Counted from the stretch's first letter, positions 30,013 through 39,220 are shown. The stretch: 59,159 nt of DNA from Candidatus Woesebacteria bacterium (GCA_020060845.1 JAGUZK010000060.1:1-59159); one strand, 5' to 3'. The notes: generated by a model not told the origin, from the sequence alone. Translations and numbers: made by a program.

Positions 30013-30348
30013 TTATTTTTTGATCCTCATTTGTCTAATTTCTTTATTTGAAGAATGAAATCTCTGCTCCTCGATTGCTTGCACCATTCCCGAAGCTAAC
30101 TGGGAGACAGTTCCGACCGTTGTTATGACATTCTTTTTATCAGTAAATGAATCGGGGTTTTGTGATATTTGTAAAAGCACATTTCTTAAACTTTCAGAAG
30201 TATTGTGTAGCATTGTTAAGATGCCATCGAGAATTTTCACCTCGCTTTTGTTCTTAAAAAATTGGTAAATATTTAAAATAGCTAGAAGGGTACCTAATAT
30301 CAAATAAATTGTATTAAGATTCATAGTAAAACTCGAATAGCTTAACAT
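30013..30348 (-). CDS. Small membrane-anchored hypothetical protein
   Basis: TM segment IYLILGTLLAILNIYQFF, then a helical region. Confidence 0.5.
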   Translation of the reverse strand: MLSYSSFTMNLNTIYLILGTLLAILNIYQFFKNKSEVKILDGILTMLHNTSESLRNVLLQISQNPDSFTDKKNVITTVGTVSQLASGMVQAIEEQRFHSSNKEIRQMRIKK

Positions 30349-30566
30349 AAAGGTCTTTTCTATACATTTTTAATATTTTTTATTATATCACAACTTATTA
30401 ATCCTAGCTTTACGTTAATTTTTGATAGAAGTAATTTTTTTTATTAGTTTGGAAACCAAACCTGGTATGATTTAGCTTGGCAAACAAGGATTTAAGTTTT
30501 TTCTTTCTCACCACTTGCGATTAACTTAGTGTTTACCTATAATGTCTAAACTTCCTTGAGGTAGTT

Positions 30567-31391
30567 ATGTCTTTAGAAAGAAAGTCTGATCAAACCCCTG
30601 AGCGGCCAAATATTGAATTCTTAAATAGGTTTGCTTTAGAGAGAGTTCATCAGTATCTAAACTTACCGATAGGTAACTTTAAAATTAGAACTCCGTTTTT
30701 TTCTAATGATATAGTGGTTTGGTTTAGGGACTTAATGGAGGAAGCGGGTCTGTCCAAAGGTGAAGTGAGTAAGGTACTTGCTCTTTACAATGAAAAGAAA
30801 ATTCCTTTCGGATGGTATAGAGGTAAGGGAACTCCCGATCAAATAGCTTCTGCTGCAATTGAAATCGCAAGACTTTGGGGTTTAGATCTCTCTAATGCTC
30901 GGAATCCGGAGACTGTTGTTGAGTTTATGAAGGCAGCAGGACTAGGGGTTGATTGTTCAGGGTTTGTTTATCAGACACTGAAGTACGCCTTTGATCAATG
31001 TGGTTATGGTGCTTCTTTCATAGAATCGTTAAACTGGAACTGCCCTGACGATTTTAGAAATGAATACAGAGCTAAAGTAGAAGTTTTTACCGGTTCTGCT
31101 TCTAAAACAATATCTCCCGTCAATGTCAGACCTTTAGATATAATTACAATTAAAAGTCGAGACTCTAATAAATATTCGCACATAGCTCTAATATTAGGAG
31201 ATGAAGGGAATTTGGTGATAGCACACTCAGTAATTGGGCAAGTACCAACAGGAGTACATATTTCTGAATTTAAACTTGAGGGTTCGTTACCTAGATTTGG
31301 TTTTACACCGAACTTGACAGAGAAGTGGGAAGAATTATGTGAGAGTGGTAGGTTAGAGTTTCGGAAGTTAAACTTGCTTGACTATGATTAA
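30567..31391 (+). CDS. NlpC/P60-like cysteine hydrolase, paralog 1
   Basis: GKGTP, GVDCSGFVY, P.D.I, HIALI, AHS. Confidence 0.7.
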   Translation: MSLERKSDQTPERPNIEFLNRFALERVHQYLNLPIGNFKIRTPFFSNDIVVWFRDLMEEAGLSKGEVSKVLALYNEKKIPFGWYRGKGTPDQIASAAIEIARLWGLDLSNARNPETVVEFMKAAGLGVDCSGFVYQTLKYAFDQCGYGASFIESLNWNCPDDFRNEYRAKVEVFTGSASKTISPVNVRPLDIITIKSRDSNKYSHIALILGDEGNLVIAHSVIGQVPTGVHISEFKLEGSLPRFGFTPNLTEKWEELCESGRLEFRKLNLLDYD

Positions 31392-32103
31392 AAGAGAATC
31401 TAGTTTGCCGCCAAAAACACAATCACTCTTAGAAAGTTATTTATCTCTGGAAATTGGCAAATTTAAAATTAACTGTCCCTATTGGATAAATGATATAAAA
31501 AGAGGAATCAAGGGTCCATTTTCAGGAAAAGGTACTCCAAATCAAATTAAAGCATCTATTCGCAGAAGATTAACTAAATATAATCTTAAATTGGAGAGTT
31601 TCAATAAAGATAGCCTAAAGAAGTTTCTTGAAGCAAATAGAATTGGTATCGATTGCTCGGGGTTTGTGTATCATTTGTTGAATCAATTGAATAAGGAAAA
31701 GGGAGGAAGGGAAATCTCATCAATTTATTTGAAAGATAACAAGGTGCCAGCCTGGAGAGCTTCCTGGAGGGTAAATGCTGATATGTTAACCTCTAATAAA
31801 TTCACAAAGAAAATAAGACTTTACTTTGTTCAACCAGGTGACCTTATACGTCTTCTTGGAGGAAAGCATGTAGCAATTGTTGTCAAAGTTGAAAAGAATT
31901 TTATAATTTATGCTCACTGTTCTAACTACACTAAAGTAAAAGGTTGCCATCTAGGCAAAATAATAATTAAAGATTGGTTCAAGAATTTGGAAGACCAGGT
32001 TTGGCTGGAGGAAACTGAAAATGGTGAAAGTTATAAAACTAACTCATATTTCCCCAATTTAGGCGATTCTTTAAGAAGGCCCATGTGGTTGAGTGATTTT
32101 TAA
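31378..32103 (+). CDS. NlpC/P60-like cysteine hydrolase, paralog 2
   Basis: GKGTP, GIDCSGFVY, QPGDLI, HVAIV, AHC. Confidence 0.72.
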   Translation: MTMIKRESSLPPKTQSLLESYLSLEIGKFKINCPYWINDIKRGIKGPFSGKGTPNQIKASIRRRLTKYNLKLESFNKDSLKKFLEANRIGIDCSGFVYHLLNQLNKEKGGREISSIYLKDNKVPAWRASWRVNADMLTSNKFTKKIRLYFVQPGDLIRLLGGKHVAIVVKVEKNFIIYAHCSNYTKVKGCHLGKIIIKDWFKNLEDQVWLEETENGESYKTNSYFPNLGDSLRRPMWLSDF

Positions 32104-32121
32104 GAAAATAATCCATTAATT

Positions 32122-32139
32122 CAAACCTGGTTTGGTCTA
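32122..32139. repeat. Palindromic REP-like repeat CAAACCTGGTTTGGTCTA
   Basis: Exact 18-nt copy at 33047-33064; degenerate copy near 30456. Confidence 0.6.
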
Positions 32140-32330
32140 CAATTTGGTGCTAGATCTTGACAATTACCCAACTATATCTGACCATCATTGACCACCACTA
32201 TTGAAAATAACTTTTAATTGGATAATTAACTTCAGATTTTTTGATCCTTTGCTGTCATTGCAACTTTTTCTTAAAAGAAAGAGGGTTAAAAGAGTTCTTT
32301 GATAAGAATAGTTATTTACTTTTATTTTTG

Positions 32331-32403
32331 TGGACCGTGCCGGATTTGAACCGGCGACCTTCTGACTGCCAGCCAGACGCTCTACCAACTAAGCTAACGG
32401 CCC
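32331..32403 (-). tRNA. tRNA-Ala(GGC)
   Basis: Cloverleaf, anticodon loop CT-GGC-AG, G3:U70. Confidence 0.95.
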
Positions 32404-32418
32404 GAATCATTAGGAGAG

Positions 32419-32492
32419 TGGACGCGCCAGGGTTCGAACCTGGGACCTTTCGCACGTCAAGCGAACGCTCTGGCCAGCTGAGCTACGCGTCC
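32419..32492 (-). tRNA. tRNA-Val(GAC)
   Basis: Cloverleaf, anticodon loop TT-GAC-GT, GGTTCGAA T-loop. Confidence 0.95.
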
Positions 32493-32575
32493 CGGATTTA
32501 GATATTATATTACAAAGCTGGCACTTGTAAAATAACAACATCAAAATTAAGTGTAAAATTCTATTGAAACAAACC

Positions 32576-32998
32576 TTATTTTGCTAGTGCAATTAGGATT
32601 GCACCTATGGTCATTAATATAGAGCCAAAAGCTATTTGAAAGTTAATTTTTTCCTTTAGAATTAACCCAGCAAAGATGATTGTCAAAACAAGGCTCAGCT
32701 TATCTATTGGTGCAACTTTACTTGCCTCCCCTATCTTTAATGCATAAAAATAGAAAAGCCAGGAGAGTCCAGTTGCAACCCCAGAAAGAATTAAAAAAAT
32801 CCACGAATTTTTACTGACATTAGATAGACCCGTTTGTCCGTTTTGGAATAAAACTATCCCCCAAGTAAAAAAAAGGATAACTGTTGTTCTTATTGCGGTG
32901 GCCAAGTTGCTGTGTATGTCCTTTATTCCGATTTTGGCAAGAATCGAAGTTAACGCTGCAAATAAAGCCGATAAAAAAGCTGCAAGATACCAGCTCAT
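32576..32998 (-). CDS. EamA/DMT-family transporter (single repeat)
   Basis: SALFAALTSILAKIG, ATAIRT, LSWLFYFYALK.G.AS.VAPIDKLS. Confidence 0.9.
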   Translation of the reverse strand: MSWYLAAFLSALFAALTSILAKIGIKDIHSNLATAIRTTVILFFTWGIVLFQNGQTGLSNVSKNSWIFLILSGVATGLSWLFYFYALKIGEASKVAPIDKLSLVLTIIFAGLILKEKINFQIAFGSILMTIGAILIALAK

Positions 32999-33033
32999 AT
33001 TTAGAGTGTAGCAGATTACCCTGGTCTTGGTAA

Positions 33034-33096
33034 ATTAGTTTCCATCCAAACCTGGTTTGGTCTAGCTTAACAAAGAAGGATATAGACCAAACCGGG
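33034..33096. repeat. REP-like hairpin repeat
   Basis: CCTGGTTTGGTCTA pairs with TAGACCAAACCGGG; 33034-33084 resembles 30443-30494. Confidence 0.55.
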
Positions 33097-33261
33097 AAGG
33101 AGCTCAGGAAAGAGCTAAAGGGCTCATTCCTTGGCGATATTCGGGAATGAAAGAGTGTCGATCATTCTACGTCAGACAATCACTCAAGTTTAGCCCCATA
33201 GATATACTCCGCTCTTGATATGACATATTTTTTAGCAAAAATGAAAATTATTTTCCCAGCT

Positions 33262-33287
33262 AAAAAACCTCTTCTTTTGGAAGAGGT
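33262..33287 (-). terminator. Intrinsic terminator (attenuator 3:4 hairpin)
   Basis: Minus strand ACCTCTTC-CAAAA-GAAGAGGT-TTTTT. Confidence 0.85.
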
Positions 33288-33321
33288 CTGATGTAAATTA
33301 AATAAAAATTACCTCACCACA

Positions 33322-33378
33322 TCAGACCTCGCCCTTAAAAAGGACGAGACTAATGATAATGAGGTTTAGAGATTTCAT
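33322..33378 (-). CDS. Putative attenuator leader peptide (MKSLNLIIISLVLFKGEV)
   Basis: Three tandem Ile codons (ATT ATC ATT) in segment 1 of alternative hairpins; TTGACA-18-TAAAAT promoter at 33391-33420. Confidence 0.65.
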   Translation of the reverse strand: MKSLNLIIISLVLFKGEV

Positions 33379-33446
33379 GATATGAGGCATATTTTATAGG
33401 TATTAGATTTACCCTGTCAAGTATTGTTTATTGATTAGACAGAGAT

Positions 33447-34073
33447 TTATCCTGCCGACCTTGAAACAAAGTGTTCGCTTGAGAGAAGGTATTTTGCACC
33501 ATGTTTTTTGTAGTTTAATCCCCACATATTTTTCTTTGCTACTCTTTTATTTGCACTCCTCAGCCAGTTTGATGCGCTTTCAATTTTTATCTTGAACGAC
33601 TTTATGTATTCCAAAAGTTTCTTGAAAAAAGCTATATGATAGGGACCAGGTTCAGCTGGTGATTGGAAAGCTGCAATTTGAGTCTCTTTTGCGAGTTTTT
33701 TTAGTTTTTGGGTTGCAAGAATAGTTTCTTGTTGTAGCATCTTAAGCTGGACTCGTAGCTCGTTTGTCTTTCTTTCTGCAAGAATTCTTTCTTCCTCAAT
33801 GAGTGTCCTTTCGAAAAATAATTCTTTTTTAGCTTCACTTTTGCCCTGTTGTTTGGCTTGAAGAATTTCCTGTATTGATACGGATGTTCCCGGTTTAATT
33901 TCTCCCGAAGCGCCTTTGATATTAATACCAAGAAGTTGCTCTATGAAGTCACTTGTAATATTTGTAGCCTCGTCTTTAAGTTTCCCCACAGTATCTTTCC
34001 CTATGTTGTTTAAGGACTCAAGCGGGTTAGGGATTACTCCTGGTTGATTTGACTTTGTCTTTCCTTTTGCCAT
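33447..34073 (-). CDS. Hypothetical coiled-coil protein (resembles CPR DUF5660-type proteins)
   Basis: PGPYHIAFF...IESASNWL...KKHGAKYLLSSEH..SRSAG. Family assignment from recall only. Confidence 0.55.
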   Translation of the reverse strand: MAKGKTKSNQPGVIPNPLESLNNIGKDTVGKLKDEATNITSDFIEQLLGINIKGASGEIKPGTSVSIQEILQAKQQGKSEAKKELFFERTLIEEERILAERKTNELRVQLKMLQQETILATQKLKKLAKETQIAAFQSPAEPGPYHIAFFKKLLEYIKSFKIKIESASNWLRSANKRVAKKNMWGLNYKKHGAKYLLSSEHFVSRSAG

Positions 34074-34165
34074 AGTGGCTTTAAAGTTTGGGCAAAATTA
34101 TACACTATCAAGGCAGATTTAGCAACCTATAACTATAGGACTCACAAGGCAATGATGTGAATGGA

Positions 34166-35032
34166 CTAAGAACCAACCAGCGAAACCAATTGATTTAAAG
34201 TTTTCCGTTTGATAAGAATAGATTCTACTAGCCTTCTTTTTTGTGGAGAATCAAATTCCTTTTGAAGACTGGGGTCTGAGTTGATGCTGATTTTTATTGC
34301 CTCATCAACCTCTTCGTTTGTGACAGAAATACCTTCTTGATGGGAGATTTTAGCAAGGATAAAGTCAAGAGTGATAGCTTGCTCTGCCTGTTTCTCGTAC
34401 TCTGATCTTATATCTTCAATTTTTTTGCCAATTGATGAAAGGTATGATTGTAGTGTGAGCCCTAGTCTGTCAACTTGTTCAAGAAGCCTCGACAAGCGGG
34501 CATCTACCTCTTCCTCTATTAACATCCTGGGAATTTTTACGTTTGAGGTTGATAAAAGAGCCGAAATCACTGCCTGCTCTTTTTGTTCGTATGTCTTGGG
34601 AGAGTCTTGATTGCTATCACCCGGCTTCCAAATCTTTGCAGTTGAGCCTTTGATAGCTGATTTATAATCTCCAAGTGGAAATTCGGGCATTTCTGCTGTA
34701 GTTGCAGTAATCTGCCAATCTTCTTGGTCATCTGCTTTTATTATATTAAATTTAGGATAGACAATCGGCTTTAAGTCTTCCTGCTCGATCGTTTTAGCAA
34801 AGTATTTTGGAAGTATTATCTGTAAAGCGTTTTCTATTAATGTTTGGTGCGGAATTTTCTCTATAACTTTTTCAATGGGGGCCATGCCCTTCCTAAAGCC
34901 TGCAATCTCAATTTCCTTGCCCAAATCCTCAGCTGCCTTTTTTTTGGCATCTTCAATCTCGGAATATGGGATTGTATAGGTTATTTGAATTGTCCCGTCA
35001 TCGCTTTTGGCTAAGGTATAGTTTTTATTCAT
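34166..35032 (-). CDS. tig: Trigger factor lacking the PPIase domain
   Basis: GFRKGMAP ribosome-binding signature joined directly to the C-terminal domain (IPRMLIEEEV); about 290 aa. Confidence 0.88.
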   Translation of the reverse strand: MNKNYTLAKSDDGTIQITYTIPYSEIEDAKKKAAEDLGKEIEIAGFRKGMAPIEKVIEKIPHQTLIENALQIILPKYFAKTIEQEDLKPIVYPKFNIIKADDQEDWQITATTAEMPEFPLGDYKSAIKGSTAKIWKPGDSNQDSPKTYEQKEQAVISALLSTSNVKIPRMLIEEEVDARLSRLLEQVDRLGLTLQSYLSSIGKKIEDIRSEYEKQAEQAITLDFILAKISHQEGISVTNEEVDEAIKISINSDPSLQKEFDSPQKRRLVESILIKRKTLNQLVSLVGS

Positions 35033-35246
35033 CTTTAGACAGTTGATTATATCGATAAAGTACAAAGATATAAAGGGTTAAATATTTTTACACAAATTCC
35101 TTGTGAAAAGGTTAATCTCTAAAAGGATATCTGCTAGAAACATATCTTACTAGAATGGAGATTGCCCCCCCAATCATAAAAGAACACTCCTGGTGCAATC
35201 TTATGCTTATTTTGGGGCTTTTATTAAAGGAAACCCGCGGGGCATT

Positions 35247-35423
35247 TTATCCTTTATGCTGCGTCTTGAACTGGGCGGGATTAAATTTGGTTATTGGCTG
35301 GTTTTGTCTTGTGATGCTTATCTTTTGGGGGTTTCCAAAACGGCTTGAACGAAAATGATCAGGTGTCCTATAACCTGGTCCAGGAGAATTGGGGTTAGAC
35401 TTAGATTTAATAAATTTTTGCAT
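35247..35423 (-). CDS. Small basic protein (58 aa, absent from the ORF track)
   Basis: MQKFIKSKSNPNSPGPGYRTPDHFRSSRFGNPQKISITRQNQPITKFNPAQFKTQHKG; TATAAT a few nt upstream of the ATG. Confidence 0.6.
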   Translation of the reverse strand: MQKFIKSKSNPNSPGPGYRTPDHFRSSRFGNPQKISITRQNQPITKFNPAQFKTQHKG

Positions 35424-35477
35424 GATATATATTATACTACAGTCTAATCCCGAGATTAGAAACGTTCAGTCTCAAGG

Positions 35478-35828
35478 CTATTTTTTGGTGTCAACTACTT
35501 TATGAAGAAATGTAGAAACGAGAGCTAATACAAGAGATGATATAACTGCAGTCAAGAAGGTGTCTATTTCAAATCCCGGTACAACATAGCTTACTCCCCA
35601 AAGGAGGACAACGTTTATTAAGAAAGCAGATATTCCAACTGTTACTATACTGATAGGCAGGAACAAAACCTGAAGTATTGGCCTAATGTAGGTGTTTACT
35701 ACTCCTATGACAACTGCCGTAACAATAGTTGCCCAGATATCACTAAATTCAAATCCTGGTACTAGGTAGGAGACCACTAGAAGTGCAAAAATATTTATGA
35801 TTATCTTCATCAAAAACTTAGAGTTCAT
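35478..35828 (-). CDS. 4-TM phage-holin-like family membrane protein (YvlD-type)
   Basis: YLVPGF, N..IRPIL..L.LP...T.G...INV.LL, PGFEI..F..A. Confidence 0.85.
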   Translation of the reverse strand: MNSKFLMKIIINIFALLVVSYLVPGFEFSDIWATIVTAVVIGVVNTYIRPILQVLFLPISIVTVGISAFLINVVLLWGVSYVVPGFEIDTFLTAVISSLVLALVSTFLHKVVDTKK

Positions 35829-35872
35829 AGTTTATTCTTTACCAAAAAAAAGCCCATGTCAACAGCCTTTTA

Positions 35873-36883
35873 TCATTTTAGCTTTTTTTCAAAAAATCTA
35901 AATGTTCTTTCAGCAACAACGTTCCAATTTTTGCTTAGGTTATGGTCATCGCCTTCATAGATATAATATTCGGGTTTAGCTGAATAAGCTCTGAGTGTGG
36001 CAACAAATTTGTCATTCCAGGAAACAGGCACAGATTGGTCGGCCGCCCCCTGGTGGACTTGGATTGGCGCATTAATCCGGTCTGGGTAGGTGGCAAATGA
36101 AAATTTGTTTGCGTCGTGATGTTCTTCTAGTTTTGCTAGATTTTGACGGATTAATTTTCCCCCATCTGGGGATTCGTCAGTGTAATATAAGACATTGTAG
36201 GGAAATGGTTTTGTTACAGGTGCCCATAGTACTGTTGGGTAATCTAGCTTTTGGGCAACTATCCAGCCTAACGCGATTTGTCCTCCATTTGAGTGTCCCC
36301 AGATGAATACATTTTTTCCGTCCCACTGGGATATCTGAGAAAGTGATTTGCCAAGCGCGATGACTGTAGAGTAGGTTTGAAATCTAGTCTCAAATATGTT
36401 TTCTGATTCTTTATCTGACCCTCCATATCCTAAAAAGTCTGGTGCAATAGTTATAAATCCTCTTGACGCAAGATATTCAGCCATTTTTCTTGTCCCTACA
36501 CCGGTAGAATATATCTTTTGGTCAACATAGCCTCTTATCATCACCACTATTGGAGCAGGGGTAACATTTGGAATATTTATAAGGCCTGTTGTCATCTTTG
36601 TAGTATTTGAGCCTGGGCGTGGTTTAAATTCTAGCCTAAAAAGGTATGATTTGAAGTTTTCACCGTCTGATAATTTTTCCCCTACTCTAAATACCCCTTC
36701 ATGTATCTTATCGGAAATGAATTCTAAATAATAAGGGCTAAAATCGATGGAATTCTCTTCCTTTTCTTTTACAGAAGTATCTTTTTCTTTGATGTTGGTC
36801 TGGGGCATTTTATTTCCCAGAATAAATCCAATAACAAATGACAGAAGGATTATAAATGTTGTTGCCATAGATTTGACTCTCAT
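35873..36883 (-). CDS. Membrane-anchored alpha/beta hydrolase (S9-like)
   Basis: GHSNGG, HQGAADQSV, DHN triad; N-terminal TM. Start moved to 36883 to avoid the divergent gene. Confidence 0.85.
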   Translation of the reverse strand: MRVKSMATTFIILLSFVIGFILGNKMPQTNIKEKDTSVKEKEENSIDFSPYYLEFISDKIHEGVFRVGEKLSDGENFKSYLFRLEFKPRPGSNTTKMTTGLINIPNVTPAPIVVMIRGYVDQKIYSTGVGTRKMAEYLASRGFITIAPDFLGYGGSDKESENIFETRFQTYSTVIALGKSLSQISQWDGKNVFIWGHSNGGQIALGWIVAQKLDYPTVLWAPVTKPFPYNVLYYTDESPDGGKLIRQNLAKLEEHHDANKFSFATYPDRINAPIQVHQGAADQSVPVSWNDKFVATLRAYSAKPEYYIYEGDDHNLSKNWNVVAERTFRFFEKKLK

Positions 36884-36922
36884 GCTTGTTATATAATAAT
36901 ACAGTATACGTGCCCAAGTTAT

Positions 36923-37453
36923 ATGGCACAAACTGACCAAGGATCAGGTCTTTTAAGGCCGAGGGTAGCTTCGGTGGGGTTCTTGGTTAATGATGTTAGC
37001 GACGTTGCTCAGAAGAAGAGCGACCTTGACCTCATGATTGAGAAGTCAAGTAAGGTTATCTTCAAAACTACTTCTGTCTACCCTTTTGATTTTTTTCCTA
37101 GTGTGATTACAATTTGCCCAGATAAGGTGACAGTCACCCAGAGGCAGTTTTTTCTGAGGCAGGAGTATCCTTTGTTGATTGAAAGTATTACGGGGGCAAG
37201 AATAGGACTTGGGATTTTTTTTGCCACACTTTATGTAGATACTTTTGGGGTCAAAGATCCACCTGGTCCTATTAATTTCCTAAGGAAAAACGATGCACGT
37301 TTGGCGAGAAGGTATATTTTGGCTTTAATTGAATGTAAAAAATCCAATGTTGATCTAGCTAAATATTCAATTGATGAGCTAAAGGAAAAGCTCTTGATGA
37401 TTGGCAGGGTTCATGAAGGCGATGTTCCAGACGATTTGAGATTAGGAAGCTAA
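36923..37453 (+). CDS. Hypothetical protein (possible bacterial PH-like domain)
   Basis: VYPFDFFP..I.I...KV, G.FFATL.V pattern. Confidence 0.55.
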   Translation: MAQTDQGSGLLRPRVASVGFLVNDVSDVAQKKSDLDLMIEKSSKVIFKTTSVYPFDFFPSVITICPDKVTVTQRQFFLRQEYPLLIESITGARIGLGIFFATLYVDTFGVKDPPGPINFLRKNDARLARRYILALIECKKSNVDLAKYSIDELKEKLLMIGRVHEGDVPDDLRLGS

Positions 37454-38842
37454 GTACTGGTATATAGTGTAAATACTAAAAAGTCCATAAAAAACAAATG
37501 CGCAAATTATGACCATAGTCCGCACAAGCCCTGTTTTTAACTTGGCAGGTAAAAGTGAACGGTTTGTGATGAGTACCATAGCACTGTAAACAAACATTGA
37601 TAAAGCATTTAGTACAGCCCCGGTTGTCACGAGTTTGAGTGGTTCCGAGAATCCACTTAAGAAAATGAAAATTCCAGCAAGTATCTGTAACCAGACAAAG
37701 AAAAAGAAGTATCTAGGCAGGTTGTTGATTTTGAATTTTGACTGGGAATAGACTACCAGGTTTTCTGACATTATTCTTGAAGTTGACCCAAGAACTGAGA
37801 ATTGTGTTCCAAAAAGCATAATTCCGATCATTAGAAGAAATATGGTAGAAAAAAACGGAGATATGTTGTTCTTTAGAAACAGAGCTTGAAGAAGGACAAA
37901 GTTTATTCCTCTCTCAATATTTTGTGTCCCATAAACTGTGGAGTATGAAAAAAGGGATAGCATAAGAATTGTCAAAGCGCCTGTTATCCAAAAGACTATG
38001 CCGTGTTCAATATTTATTCTTTTCCACCACAGATTGAAGCTAAGAATGTTTTTGGGGGTTTGATCAAACTTAAACCCTTCGAGGTCAGAATACTTCGCCT
38101 TTTTGTTTAAGATGTTTGTTAGTTTCGAGCTGTAGAAACCCATTCCGTAGCCCTTTTCTTTGGCATATAATGATTGGGCAAGGTTAAGTGTTCCTCCAGC
38201 ACCTGCGTAAGCAAGCGCTCCCAGGAATGTGGCAATTGGTATGTCTTTTGGAAGAAACTTGTACCCCTCTCCTACTCCGATAATTCCCTTAAAGAGTGCT
38301 TGCCAGCCGTCGGATTTTGTAAAATATAAGGTTAAAAAAAATATGAAAGGCACTCCTATCAGAATAATAGCTTTCTGTATTTGCTCTTGTGTCTTGTAAA
38401 CAATATTGCCGCTTGATAGAAGAACACCAATAATTATAAGGATGGCAACCCCCATATATCTTGAGTATGAGAGGCCAAGAGACGCGGCAATAACTGTTGC
38501 AGATGATGCTGCTATACCAGGCCATATCCATGGGATAAAGGTGCAGGTGATAAACCATACAGGAGAGAATTTTCCAAACTTTCTTGCTAGCCCTACAAAA
38601 ATACTTTCACCTGTTGCGATGGTATAGCGCTCTATTTCCATGTTTAGAAAAAATTGAAAAGTGATTCCAAGAACTGCTGCCCATATTATCCCGAGTCCGT
38701 AGTTTGCTGATAAGTACGGCCAGAGGATTATCTCTCCGCTTCCCAAACCCAGACCCAGAAGGATAAAGCTTGGACCTATTAAGTCCTTGAGCTTAGGAGG
38801 TGCTGGAAGTTTTCGCCTTTCTAGTGGTTCTAGTTCATCCAT
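37442..38842 (-). CDS. Nramp-like (APC superfamily) transporter
   Basis: IGPSFILLGLGLGSGEIILWP, EIERYTIATGES, about 11 TMs. Confidence 0.8.
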   Translation of the reverse strand: MDELEPLERRKLPAPPKLKDLIGPSFILLGLGLGSGEIILWPYLSANYGLGIIWAAVLGITFQFFLNMEIERYTIATGESIFVGLARKFGKFSPVWFITCTFIPWIWPGIAASSATVIAASLGLSYSRYMGVAILIIIGVLLSSGNIVYKTQEQIQKAIILIGVPFIFFLTLYFTKSDGWQALFKGIIGVGEGYKFLPKDIPIATFLGALAYAGAGGTLNLAQSLYAKEKGYGMGFYSSKLTNILNKKAKYSDLEGFKFDQTPKNILSFNLWWKRINIEHGIVFWITGALTILMLSLFSYSTVYGTQNIERGINFVLLQALFLKNNISPFFSTIFLLMIGIMLFGTQFSVLGSTSRIMSENLVVYSQSKFKINNLPRYFFFFVWLQILAGIFIFLSGFSEPLKLVTTGAVLNALSMFVYSAMVLITNRSLLPAKLKTGLVRTMVIICAFVFYGLFSIYTIYQYLAS

Positions 38843-38962
38843 TTTGCATTCTCTTTATATTTTAGTGGATTTTGTAGTGTCTTTTGAAGGGCTGATTTTG
38901 CCATATTGACTTCGGGTTTTATACGGGTGTATAAAGAGAATGAAGATAATAATGATGCCAAG

Positions 38963-39220
38963 ATGGTAAATAAAATTTCTACTCCCGTATCTGTTTTGAT
39001 GGCTTATGATAGTAAGACGGGGCGTGTTTACCCCAGATGCTTAACTTGGAAAAATCGAGTTTATCCTGTGTCAAAGGTTGGATTTCATCACTCTTATTAC
39101 GAAGGGCGTACTCTTTATCATGTCTTTAGCGTTGCCAGCAAGACCTTGTTTTTTAGATTGATTTTGAATACTGAGAATTTACATTGGATATTGGATGAGA
39201 CTTTTGATAATAGTCTATAG
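38963..39220 (+). CDS. Small hypothetical protein upstream of Pol IV
   Basis: P....W.NR.Y.V..VG.HH...G....H.FSV...W.L. ATG at 38963. Confidence 0.6.
   Translation: MVNKISTPVSVLMAYDSKTGRVYPRCLTWKNRVYPVSKVGFHHSYYEGRTLYHVFSVASKTLFFRLILNTENLHWILDETFDNSL

Noticed and set aside
32141-32155. 15-nt direct repeat AATTTGGTGCTAGAT also at 54801-54815
   Set aside because: A single 15-mer pair is near chance expectation for this window size, and there is no further similarity.
35478-35828. Holin as evidence of a prophage
   Set aside because: This 4-TM family is commonly chromosomal, and there are no phage genes nearby.
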